Part shown: piece after piece, positions 1 to 10,000 of the stretch | Position numbering within the stretch: position 1 is the first letter of the stretch | Layout of the letters: every line of letters starts with the position of its first letter | Assembly (NCBI GenBank): GCA_965200155.1 | Contig: CBDATR010000009.1 | Span: 64,001-128,000, forward strand | DNA: 64,000 nt | Reading direction: 5' to 3' | Origin: Nitrosopumilaceae archaeon | GTDB lineage: Archaea > Thermoproteota > Nitrososphaeria > Nitrososphaerales > Nitrosopumilaceae | Notes under the pieces: generated by a model | Told to the model about the DNA's origin: nothing | What the model saw: only the letters and a program-made list of their open reading frames with translations | Databases searched by the model: none | Made by a program: the position numbers and the translations under genes

Positions 1-790
1 GATTCGGGCGCCACTACATTTTCGGTACCGGATAGATTCGCCGTCCAGTCATCCAGGATTCATCATGTATAGGGTCTGCGGGCTACTGATCAACTGTATG
101 TCAAACTTCAATGACGGTTCCAGAAGTGTTCTGGTATTATGAATGCGGAACGAAATCTCCCAGCCCTCATCCAACGATACTATGATGGTATTGTGACTCT
201 TCCGCTCTATCTCTTTTAGTCTGGTTGGCAGTTTGATATGATTCACACGTGACATGGGCTTTCGCCTGCCATCACCATGCCCTAATGAGCCATTCAGATT
301 ATACCCCTCTATTCTTACAAGATTACACTTGTCATCATTACTTTGTAAAAATCGTGCATCCCAATCAAATACTGGAGCAGCCGTCCGGGAACCATTCCGT
401 TACTCTCGGTCAGTCTGGTCATTACTGAATGCATCCAGGATCGGCTCATACATTTGTGAATCCTTTTCTGTCACATCTCTCCAGTGTGTGATTCCTTGGG
501 ACTGCCACTCCTGTACTTGATCAAAAATCATCCAGATATCATTCATGTATTCACGAGAGCAGTTAACCCCGACCCACTTTACCAAAATCTATGTTGGGCG
601 ATAACCGGGAATGCTTCAATGCTTTGTGGTTATTCTTTGCAGAGAACCCAATCTCCCAGGAGTCATCAGTTCTGGCGTTAATGACATCTCGGACATCGCC
701 GTCCTTGCCGCGGTAGTCCGGCTGAATCTCTATCACACTACCACTGGATATCATGGGTTCCAGATTCATTATGTGAATGATGGTCGCCCT

Positions 791-904
791 AGCTACCATA
801 CTGTAATCATTCCTCTCATTTTCTGCCATCAAGGACTCGTGGGGTGTCCAAAACGATGCATTTGCAGCTGCCATACTGTAATCATTCCTCTCATTTTCTG
901 TCAT
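791..904. repeat. 39-bp direct repeat (2 mismatches) flanking a unique 36-bp insert
   Basis: AGCT[A/G]CCATACTGTAATCATTCCTCTCATTTTCTG[C/T]CAT occurs at 791-829 and 866-904, with the insert at 830-865. It is visible in the protein as duplicated ENERNDYSM. Confidence 0.9.
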
Positions 905-1006
905 GGTGACCAATGCGTTCTGTGTTATCTCGTAAGATTCATCCTGGACTAGGCTGGCCCTGTTCCCGATGCAGTGTTCCAGCGCGTCTGCCAGTGCACA
1001 CTCAAA

Positions 1007-1098
1007 GTATGAGTTCATCTGTGTCTAAATTTACGCACAACTGATCGCGACAGTTAATGTGATTTGTGCACAAGATTCCGGAAGACGTGAACTCATAC
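1007..1098 (+). mobile_element. MITE (92 bp, subfamily A), TIR GTATGAGTTCA, 8-bp TSD CACTCAAA
   Basis: Terminal inverted repeats are present, with CACTCAAA at 999-1006 and 1099-1106. There are seven further copies in the window. Confidence 0.92.
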
Positions 1099-1132
1099 CA
1101 CTCAAAGGCCTTGTCGTTCAGGTGCTGTCTTG

Positions 1133-1961
1133 TCATGATTCCAACCCGTTTGTTACATTATGACTGAGTATCAACAACTCCCTGGAATGCTTATTCCTGG
1201 ACATGCCATACTTCCACTGTGGGGATATGATGGCGTAATTATGGTACAGGTGGCGCACCTAGAATCGGATAAGATAGTAGACGGGCTGCCCGCAGATATG
1301 ATGGTGTAATTATGGTACAGGTGGCGCACCTCTGGTGAGTCATTGTACGATAGTATCCAATTATCATACCGTTCCAGTAATGTGGCAAGTCCCTCATGGT
1401 TAAAACCGGTTGTGGTTCTATACCCGTACAGGTTGGTCCTTATATGGGGGATCAAGATAGATGAAATCATCATTCCACATCGTTCCCATGGACTGGTTAA
1501 AATCTGCTAACTGAACGGTCATGTTGGAACAACGGAATTGTTCCAGTCTCTCTATGGATGACTCTGTGAATCGTGGATGACCCGGCGACATACCGCCTCT
1601 CATAGTACTGCCAGAGAATGAGCAACGATTTATGACAAAGAATATAGCCGCTCTGGTATATTTTGACGGGGAATGATACTGTTGTAATTGGTAGAAGCGT
1701 TCCTTCTCTAGCAGATAATACTCCCGTACTAGATTGGCCAGTCTCTTCGGGTCATGGAACAGGCACTGCCAGAATTCCACTAATGGTTCAAAGTTGTCAT
1801 AGCCGTGAATAGTGATACCATTCCGGGCGCATGAGATTTCGACTGCCCCCCATGAAAGGTGAGTGTAATATTTTGACATGATCAGGGATATATTGCATGA
1901 TTTTCTTGACACCGCGGGTCTTGCCGCCTGCGTATCTCAGGGGGGAAATCATGGCGGCCAT
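1133..1961 (-). pseudogene. Dam/D12-class N6-adenine DNA methyltransferase, frameshifted
   Basis: Motifs SPLRYAGGKTR (N-terminal), FIYLDPPY and WILSYNDSPEVR are split over several frames. The stop overlaps the endonuclease start (ATGA at 1133-1136). Confidence 0.85.
1224..1331. repeat. 37-bp direct repeat (1 mismatch) flanking a unique 34-bp insert
   Basis: GATATGATGG[C/T]GTAATTATGGTACAGGTGGCGCACCT occurs at 1224-1260 and 1295-1331, with the insert at 1261-1294. Confidence 0.9.
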
Positions 1962-2093
1962 GTCACAATCGCTCTATTTATGCGGCCGCATCAGGTCAAA
2001 AGTGATTCATACAGAGCCGGGCACGACCACTAGAACGGTTACCTTTTCTCAATCCATGTATCCTTTTTTCAACATGTACCTACTTCTTTACGG

Positions 2094-2192
2094 GTATGAG
2101 TTCACCTGTGTCTAAATTTACGCATAACTGATCGCGACAGTTAAAGAACCGGTTCTTTTGTGCATAAGATTCCGGAAGACGTGAACTCATAC
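2094..2192 (+). mobile_element. MITE (99 bp, subfamily B with internal AAAGAACCGGTTCTTT palindrome), 8-bp TSD CTTTACGG
   Basis: TIRs GTATGAGTTCAC/GTGAACTCATAC, with CTTTACGG at 2086-2093 and 2193-2200. Confidence 0.92.
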
Positions 2193-2230
2193 CTTTACGG
2201 CGCCTTCCAGAGTCAAAGAATGTTTCTGGT

Positions 2231-2764
2231 TCATGAGGCTGGATTCCAGAGATGCTCCGGTATGTTATCATCATGGTTGACCTTTCGGGCCAGCACGAAC
2301 AGAAAGTCAGAGAGACGGTTTGTATAGCGAATACATTCGGGGTTTATGTGCTCACTCTCTGGTATACTGGTGATGTGGGTCTCGGCGCGCCGGACTATAG
2401 CCCTAGCCAAATGTAGTGCAGAGCCGGTATGGCCGCCGCCGGGCAGTATAAAGTTGGTCAGGGCTGGCAGTGTTGCATCCATTTTATCAATCATCCTCTC
2501 CAGAGAGTCGGTCATGGATGCGGTTACCTGCATGCCAACGTTATCGGGATTTGAGAGGTCTGCGCCCAGTATGAATATGTCCTTTTGAATGGAATGGATT
2601 ATGTCACGAACGGTTTTAGTTGAGTTGCAAGCGGCAAGTCCCAGCATGGCGCTGGCCTCATCCAGTGTACCGTATGCCATAATGCGGGGGTCTGATTTTG
2701 GGACCCGTTGGCCGCCGTACAGTCCCGTGTGGCCGGAATCGCCGGTCTTTGTGTATATCTTCAT
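2231..2764 (-). CDS. pduO: ATP:cob(I)alamin adenosyltransferase, PduO type
   Basis: Signature MKIYTKTGDSGHTGLYGG, GTLDE, FILPGG, HLARAIVRRAE and NRLSDFLFVLAR. The start is trimmed to ATG 2764. Confidence 0.93.
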   Translation of the reverse strand: MKIYTKTGDSGHTGLYGGQRVPKSDPRIMAYGTLDEASAMLGLAACNSTKTVRDIIHSIQKDIFILGADLSNPDNVGMQVTASMTDSLERMIDKMDATLPALTNFILPGGGHTGSALHLARAIVRRAETHITSIPESEHINPECIRYTNRLSDFLFVLARKVNHDDNIPEHLWNPAS

Positions 2765-2815
2765 GTTTGGAATGGTGTGGAGAGTGATATTAAATTTATA
2801 AGAGAAAGTGAATTT

Positions 2816-4618
2816 ATGATGGTGATGAGTAAACTTGGTATAGAACAGGTTGCAGGGAAGCGTATACCGGATGTGAACTGGTCCCGAATGGAGGAAGCCA
2901 ATGATTTTGCAGAGACAGTAAAAAAATTCCGCCAGGGCCAGTATCCGGAAGACATGTTCCGCCGGTATAGATTGCAGCATGGCGCGTACGGGACGCGCAT
3001 GACATCAGACTATGCAATGATACGCATCAAGATACCCGCGGGCCAGGTATATCCCATACAGCTAAAGAGGATTGCGGAGATGAGCGAGTACTTTTCAATT
3101 GGTAGTGCTCACATATCCACTCGGGAGAGTATACAACTACACTGGGTGGTATTAGAGGATGTATCAGAAGTGTTGCGGGGGTTGTCAGAAGTAGGCCTGA
3201 CATCAAGGGAGGCCTGTGGCAATGCCATAAGGAATGTAATGTGTAGCCCTACTGCCGGGGTGTGCCCCAGGGAAGCCTTTGATGCCACTCCCTATGCCAA
3301 GGCGACTGCCAAGTTCTTTTTGAGAAACCCTATGAACCAGAATCTGCCCCGGAAATTCAAGTTCACATATTCCTGCTGCGAGGAGCACGGTATGGCAAGG
3401 ATAGTGGACGTGGGATTGATACCCCAGACCAGAATGGTGAATGGCAAGACACAGCGGGGCTTTAGAATATTTGTGGGCGGCGGCTTGGGAAACAAGTCCT
3501 ATGTGGGACACCAGCTGGAGGAGTTCACACCCCAAGAGAATGTCATATATACGGCCATGGCGGTGGTCAGGCTCTTTGACAGGATGGGGAACAGGACCAA
3601 TCTGGCACGTAACCGCCTGAGGTATTTGGTGGCACAGGTAGGATGGGAGAAGTTCCGGGACATGGTACTAAAGGAGCGGGACGTGGTACGAGCCACTCAG
3701 TCTGCCATAGTGAAACTGCCCCTGGAGGATTCGGAGCCGGAGATTAGGCGACCCATCAGGGTGACAGAGGAGAATCAGGGTCAGGAGCCCGGTTATGCAC
3801 GGTGGCTTACAACCAATACCTTTGCGCAGAAGCAGGAGTCATATTATACGGTGTTTGTTGCCATGGAGGCGGGTGATATTACCGCCACCCAGATTGTGGC
3901 ATTATCGGATATAATACAAGAGTATTCTGCCGAGGGTGTCGGCAGACTGGGCTTTGTACAGAATATGGCCCTGCGGTATGTGCACGAGAGCGACTTGCCG
4001 GAACTATATTCCAAGTTGTTACAGAATGGGTTGGCTCGGTCCGGTGCGCTGAGCATGGCCGCACCCATAGGGTGTTCCGGGACCACTTCCTGTAATCTGG
4101 CGCTGACAAACTCGCACAGATTGGCAAAGGAGATACAGCGAAAATTCCTGGAGCTTGGACTGGACCAGGATGATGACTTGCGGGAGGCCAGCATAAAGAT
4201 AAGCGGTTGCCCCAACTCGTGTGGTCAGCATGGCATAGCCACTGTAGGACTGTTTGGTGGCGGGGGCCGGTTGGGCCATGACATGTATCCCTCATATATG
4301 ATGTCCATAGGGGGCAGGGCGGATCAGGATGCCATGCTAGGACATAATATGTTAAGGGTACCGGCAAAGCGCGTCATACCGGTGATATTGGAATTGGTAG
4401 CAATGTTCCGGGAGAGCAAGAATGATAATGATGATTTAAAGACATGGATACACCGTGTCTGTATGGGTGCGGATTCTATGACGGTACAGGATATACGGAA
4501 GCGGCTCAGCACATTGACCAATCCGCCCACCATGGAGGAGGATCCTGACTTTTACGCAGACTATGGTAGTGATACGTCATATCACACCAAGACCGGTCGT
4601 GGCGAGTGCGCCGCGTAA
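2816..4618 (+). CDS. Ferredoxin-dependent nitrite/sulfite reductase (siroheme, 4Fe-4S)
   Basis: FRRYRLQHG, STRESIQLH and LPRKFKF motifs, plus the siroheme/Fe-S cysteines CSGTTSC and SGCPNSCGQH. The start is ATG 2816 or 2825. Confidence 0.92.
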   Translation: MMVMSKLGIEQVAGKRIPDVNWSRMEEANDFAETVKKFRQGQYPEDMFRRYRLQHGAYGTRMTSDYAMIRIKIPAGQVYPIQLKRIAEMSEYFSIGSAHISTRESIQLHWVVLEDVSEVLRGLSEVGLTSREACGNAIRNVMCSPTAGVCPREAFDATPYAKATAKFFLRNPMNQNLPRKFKFTYSCCEEHGMARIVDVGLIPQTRMVNGKTQRGFRIFVGGGLGNKSYVGHQLEEFTPQENVIYTAMAVVRLFDRMGNRTNLARNRLRYLVAQVGWEKFRDMVLKERDVVRATQSAIVKLPLEDSEPEIRRPIRVTEENQGQEPGYARWLTTNTFAQKQESYYTVFVAMEAGDITATQIVALSDIIQEYSAEGVGRLGFVQNMALRYVHESDLPELYSKLLQNGLARSGALSMAAPIGCSGTTSCNLALTNSHRLAKEIQRKFLELGLDQDDDLREASIKISGCPNSCGQHGIATVGLFGGGGRLGHDMYPSYMMSIGGRADQDAMLGHNMLRVPAKRVIPVILELVAMFRESKNDNDDLKTWIHRVCMGADSMTVQDIRKRLSTLTNPPTMEEDPDFYADYGSDTSYHTKTGRGECAA

Positions 4619-4769
4619 TTGTTGTGCATAAACAGAAATTTCTACTAGCGTTTGTTATGGTACAATGGTGCAATGCTGCATGAAAGTGTAGTATGAAGAG
4701 CCTAGCAGGTCTGGCGATGATGGATGAGCATATGTAATTCGATTTCTTTAACAAGTATGGTTTGGGGTT

Positions 4770-6419
4770 ATGGCTATGGCCGTAAATGATATTATGATAC
4801 CGGTTCGGATGTTGACGCAGTATGTTTATTGTAACAGGTTGGGGTATATGGAATGGTTACAGGGTGAGTTTGAGACGTCAACAGACGTGGAACAGGGCAG
4901 ATTCGTGCACCGCAATGTGGATACCATATCCGGTACAAAGAAAATCCAGCAGGATGGGGAGATACACGCCACATCCGTTATGATATCGGATGTGAAACTT
5001 GGGCTGGTAGGAAAGCTGGACTTGCTTGAGATTGAGGGTCGCGCCGCGGTGCCAGTAGAATACAAAAAAGGCAAGGTACCCGATATCCAAGGAAATGTGT
5101 ACGATAGTACACTGGTGCAGGTTTGTGCGCAGGCACTACTCTTACGCGCAAACGGTTACAAGTGCACCGAGGGCGTGGTATATTATGTGGCGTCACGGCG
5201 CCGGGTTCGCGTGATTATAGATGACATACTGATAGCAAAGACTTTGCAGGCCATATGGGACCTAAAGGAGATGGTCAAGAAGAATATCATACCGCCACCT
5301 TTGGTGGATAGCCCAAAATGTCCGCGGTGTTCACTGGTGGGCATATGTCTTCCTGACGAGGTAAATCTGTTGTCAAACCAAAAGATAAAGGTAGACTCGG
5401 TGCGTCGTATGTATCCCATCAGGGCAGATGCAGTTCCAGTACATATACAGGAGCAGGGTGCATCTGTCTCTGTAACAGGAGATACGCTACAGGTGAAATC
5501 TACCGATGGGCAGAAACGGAAAATACGCATAATCGACGTGTTGGACTTGACTGTATATGGTAATGTTCAGATAACCACACAAGCACTACGTCGCTTGCTT
5601 GAGCGTGGCATATCCGTTTGCTATATGACATATGGAGGATGGTTCGTGGGCATGACCAACGCGGGTATGAACAGGAATATCGATTTGAGAATCCATCAGC
5701 ACAGGGTGTATGATGACAAGATTTCATCGCTAGATATATGCAAAAATATTGTTTATGGTAAGATAAGAAACTGCATGACGCTCTTGAGGCGCAACCACAA
5801 GTCTGATGCTACCAGGGTATTGGGAGAGATGTCGCAGATGGCAGATAAATCTCGGGGATGTAAAAAATACGAAACGCTCCTAGGTATAGAAGGAATGGCC
5901 GCCAGACTGTATTTTTCAAATTTTGCCGGTATGCTGAAAGACGATTCGGGGTTTGATTTTAAGCAGAGAAACCGGCGGCCGCCCAAGGATCCCGTTAATG
6001 CCATACTGTCGTTTTTGTATGCGTTGCTGGCCAGGCAAGCGACAGTTACCGTGATGGGGGTGGGGCTGGACCCATATATCGGGTATCTACATACGCCACA
6101 TCATGGCCGTCCATCACTGGCTCTGGATATGATGGAGGAGTTTCGCCCAATCATATGCGATAGTGTGTGTATTAGTATGATAAATAATTCCATGCTTGTC
6201 CCATCGGATTTTACAGATGCGGCCATGGGCGTATCGATGACGCAGAACGGACGGCGACGGGTTCTGGATGCCTTTGAAACACGCATGGACACTACCATAA
6301 AACACGAGATACTGGGTTACTCGGCAAGCTACAGACGCATACTGGAGACGCAGGTAAGGCTGCTGGCAAGGCGTGTTACAGGAGAGATACAAGCATACCC
6401 ACCTTTCAGGGTGAGGTAG
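4770..6419 (+). CDS. cas1: Cas4-Cas1 fusion (type I-G/I-U adaptation)
   Basis: N-terminal Cas4 RecB motif (GKLD..VEYKKG, Q..AQ.LLL) with Fe-S cysteines (YC; KCPRCSLVGIC). C-terminal Cas1 motifs GIEGMAARLYF, RRPPKDPVNAILS and LALDMMEEFRP. Confidence 0.95.
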   Translation: MAMAVNDIMIPVRMLTQYVYCNRLGYMEWLQGEFETSTDVEQGRFVHRNVDTISGTKKIQQDGEIHATSVMISDVKLGLVGKLDLLEIEGRAAVPVEYKKGKVPDIQGNVYDSTLVQVCAQALLLRANGYKCTEGVVYYVASRRRVRVIIDDILIAKTLQAIWDLKEMVKKNIIPPPLVDSPKCPRCSLVGICLPDEVNLLSNQKIKVDSVRRMYPIRADAVPVHIQEQGASVSVTGDTLQVKSTDGQKRKIRIIDVLDLTVYGNVQITTQALRRLLERGISVCYMTYGGWFVGMTNAGMNRNIDLRIHQHRVYDDKISSLDICKNIVYGKIRNCMTLLRRNHKSDATRVLGEMSQMADKSRGCKKYETLLGIEGMAARLYFSNFAGMLKDDSGFDFKQRNRRPPKDPVNAILSFLYALLARQATVTVMGVGLDPYIGYLHTPHHGRPSLALDMMEEFRPIICDSVCISMINNSMLVPSDFTDAAMGVSMTQNGRRRVLDAFETRMDTTIKHEILGYSASYRRILETQVRLLARRVTGEIQAYPPFRVR

Positions 6420-6587
6420 GTTGCGAAGCCTGTATATGCCCTCCACAAACTTGGCGGCGCTACTGTGCCGGAACACCTTTCAGGGTGAGGTAGGTTGCGA
6501 AGCCTGTATATGCGACTCAGGAGATGCCCGGTATCATAATGGTGAGGTATCTTTCAGGGTGAGGTAGGTTGCGAAGCCTGTATATGC
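6403..6587 (+). CRISPR. Non-canonical mini-array: 3 identical 37-bp repeats made of the cas1-stop/cas2-start junction, with 2 unique 37-bp spacers
   Basis: CTTTCAGGGTGAGGTAGGTTGCGAAGCCTGTATATGC occurs at 6403-6439, 6477-6513 and 6551-6587, with unique inserts at 6440-6476 and 6514-6550. The structure is seen directly; the CRISPR origin is inferred. Confidence 0.75.
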
Positions 6588-6844
6588 TATGTTATGATGT
6601 GCGCGATCCAAAAAGACTGAACAAAGTATACAAGATGATGAATGGGTATGGGGATCCGGTGCAGTACTCGGTGTTTTTGTGTGATTTAAGCGACACCGAA
6701 ATGGTATACATGAAGCGAGATTTGACAGAATTGCTGAATTTGAATGAAGACAGGGTAATTATTGTGAATACGGGAAAAGGTGATAAAATACAGACCATGG
6801 GCGAACCGCTAAAACACAGTCGTGAATCGGCAATCATAGTATAG
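6569..6844 (+). CDS. cas2: CRISPR-associated endonuclease Cas2
   Basis: YMLCYDVRDPKRL..V.K..GYG..VQYSVF.C motif, 91 aa, TTG start, located between cas1 and the leader. Confidence 0.93.
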   Translation: MRSLYMLCYDVRDPKRLNKVYKMMNGYGDPVQYSVFLCDLSDTEMVYMKRDLTELLNLNEDRVIIVNTGKGDKIQTMGEPLKHSRESAIIV

Positions 6845-7010
6845 CGAGAGGCCGGGTGCCAGGGTAGTCGTGTAGTGATAATCGCTAAATAACCATATAT
6901 AGTATGACCGTATTGTACGATTATGGCGGAGGCTGAACAAAACAAACGTAAAACATATGTAATTCTTATGAATTGGAAAGTATTGTTATGATGTTGTTAA
7001 CCTGCGCAGT
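6845..7010 (+). promoter_or_regulatory. Putative CRISPR leader
   Basis: Non-coding, AT-rich stretch between cas2 and the first repeat. The degenerate repeats lie at the opposite end of the array. Confidence 0.7.
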
Positions 7011-10000
7011 ATTTCCGCAGCCTAACGGTTGCGGCCTCATTGAAGGGATGGTTATAGCCACGAATGCGGCGGGGACGTCCACGGATTTCCGCAGCCTAAC
7101 GGTTGCGGCCTCATTGAAGGGAGAATCGACACGGCTAACGGTTGAGATACTCTAAGATGCCACGATTTCCGCAGCCTAACGGTTGCGGCCTCATTGAAGG
7201 CAGCGTATACCCGCCCGCGACCGTCTCTCTAATTAGATTTCCGCAGCCTAACGGTTGCGGCCTCATTGAAGGAGACTCCCACGACATATGTCTGTACGAA
7301 CATGCGAAGATTTCCGCAGCCTAACGGTTGCGGCCTCATTGAAGGAATATATAAGATTCAATTGAATGTATTCTGCCTAATAGATTTCCGCAGCCTAACG
7401 GTTGCGGCCTCATTGAAGGAGTCAGCTGTAAGTCCTCTAATGAGCCTGTCATATTATTTCCGCAGCCTAACGGTTGCGGCCTCATTGAAGGGCGGTGATA
7501 ATAAAATAATAGGAGAAAAGGGACAGGATTTCCGCAGCCTAACGGTTGCGGCCTCATTGAAGGCAATTACACGCCTAAATTCATTTCGGACTTCCGTTAA
7601 ATTTCCGCAGCCTAACGGTTGCGGCCTCATTGAAGGCGACATGAACATTCCAAATCGTTTTTTGACGTCGCGTAATTTCCGCAGCCTAACGGTTGCGGCC
7701 TCATTGAAGGTGAGGGTTTGATGGGACAATTAGAACCGGGCACGTATTTCCGCAGCCTAACGGTTGCGGCCTCATTGAAGGAGGCTGTCTGGTGTATTTT
7801 TTGCGTGGTTTTACGCATTTCCGCAGCCTAACGGTTGCGGCCTCATTGAAGGGCCTGCCACCACTGTAATCTCTGCCTCATGATTGTAATTTCCGCAGCC
7901 TAACGGTTGCGGCCTCATTGAAGGCCGACACACGCGTGGACGCGGCGGATGTACCTGCAATTTCCGCAGCCTAACGGTTGCGGCCTCATTGAAGGATTGT
8001 GGCCGGTGTCGATCAAGGTACGCCGGATCCACATTTCCGCAGCCTAACGGTTGCGGCCTCATTGAAGGTACGGTATACGCGTATTTTGTCACCTGATTGA
8101 CATTTGATTTCCGCAGCCTAACGGTTGCGGCCTCATTGAAGGGACGGCATCCAAGAGCAGTGCATGTACGAGCCCGAACACATTTCCGCAGCCTAACGGT
8201 TGCGGCCTCATTGAAGGGACCGTCCCACCCACATTCCGTCCATATATGGGATTGCCATTTCCGCAGCCTAACGGTTGCGGCCTCATTGAAGGACCTGTTA
8301 GAGACGAGCTGGTCCATGAGCTCAATTGCTATTTCCGCAGCCTAACGGTTGCGGCCTCATTGAAGGTGACTTGAGTGTCTCCACCCTCTGCAGATATGCC
8401 TGATTTCCGCAGCCTAACGGTTGCGGCCTCATTGAAGGTGTATCAGTGGACGGCATGATCTATGTAATCAATAAAGATTTCCGCAGCCTAACGGTTGCGG
8501 CCTCATTGAAGGTAGAGGCGGCGTTCATTTGTTTGATTCGTCGACAGGTATTTCCGCAGCCTAACGGTTGCGGCCTCATTGAAGGGATGATGACTCGGAA
8601 GAATTAACAGTCCCGGGATACTTATTTCCGCAGCCTAACGGTTGCGGCCTCATTGAAGGTGATGCCTGGTATCCATGCGCGTACGACTTTGCCAGATTTC
8701 CGCAGCCTAACGGTTGCGGCCTCATTGAAGGGGCCCAGACTCATGGATTTTGCAGAATTCACGGCATTTCCGCAGCCTAACGGTTGCGGCCTCATTGAAG
8801 GTATTCAGTGCCCACATCCCGATATTCATTCAGCGGTGATTTCCGCAGCCTAACGGTTGCGGCCTCATTGAAGGCCGCCCTCCGCATTGACGCCACTCGG
8901 TGCCGGTGGGGATTTCCGCAGCCTAACGGTTGCGGCCTCATTGAAGGGGCGATATGCGACAAAAGAAACAACGACAATAGCAGATTTCCGCAGCCTAACG
9001 GTTGCGGCCTCATTGAAGGACATGTTGCATGTTCTATAATGTGCTTAAGTGCCATAATTTCCGCAGCCTAACGGTTGCGGCCTCATTGAAGGTGCCAAAA
9101 GGCATGCCAACGTGTGCTTTGTGTGACAATATTTCCGCAGCCTAACGGTTGCGGCCTCATTGAAGGAACGAGAGGGCGGAATTCCGAGTTGCGTCTTATT
9201 AAGATTTCCGCAGCCTAACGGTTGCGGCCTCATTGAAGGGCGTCTTGGATTTTCACCGCTCCTTATACCGACTAAATTTCCGCAGCCTAACGGTTGCGGC
9301 CTCATTGAAGGCAGCATCCCACTCCAACATAACCTGACCACTCTGTGATATTTCCGCAGCCTAACGGTTGCGGCCTCATTGAAGGATTGATCTCTGATTG
9401 ATTCGCACCCTTGTCGATCAGTATTTCCGCAGCCTAACGGTTGCGGCCTCATTGAAGGCTGAAAATCGGATCTTGACTTTGCCAACGCCATATGATTTCC
9501 GCAGCCTAACGGTTGCGGCCTCATTGAAGGAGTCGTAAATCCTTTAATTCCCGGATCCGTCCTCCATATTTCCGCAGCCTAACGGTTGCGGCCTCATTGA
9601 AGGATAATGCTGGAATGTAACAAGTCGTTGGGCGTTGAAATTTCCGCAGCCTAACGGTTGCGGCCTCATTGAAGGCCCGGTATCAGGATCCTCCATATAG
9701 GGCCCAATTTCATTTCCGCAGCCTAACGGTTGCGGCCTCATTGAAGGTGACTGCTTTTATGCTGGTTTCGCCGAGCATGACTGATTTCCGCAGCCTAACG
9801 GTTGCGGCCTCATTGAAGGGCGGCCGCCTCCGCGAATCCACCTGCCGCCGCGGGCCCATTTCCGCAGCCTAACGGTTGCGGCCTCATTGAAGGGCATTAG
9901 ATACGAGTGCGAGAACAATGGCAGGCACCACATTTCCGCAGCCTAACGGTTGCGGCCTCATTGAAGGGCACCCGATCTGATATATTCACACATAATGCAA

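Larger units (their letters stand above)
49..1136 (-). pseudogene. HaeIII-family type II restriction endonuclease, disrupted (MITE insertion, frameshifts, 75-bp internal duplication/insert)
   Basis: The fragments carry HaeIII-family-like motifs: GDVRDV...WEIGFSAKNNHKALKHSRLS..IDFG (563-1018) and WEISFRIHN...LEPSLKFDIQL (49-255). The N-terminus MTRQHLNDKAFE starts at ATG 1136 and is cut by the MITE at 1007-1098. Confidence 0.8.

Noticed and set aside
2708-2980. Overlapping N-terminal extensions of the pduO and reductase ORFs
   Set aside because: Homology starts at 2764 (-) and about 2816 (+). The short AT-rich gap is better read as a divergent promoter region.
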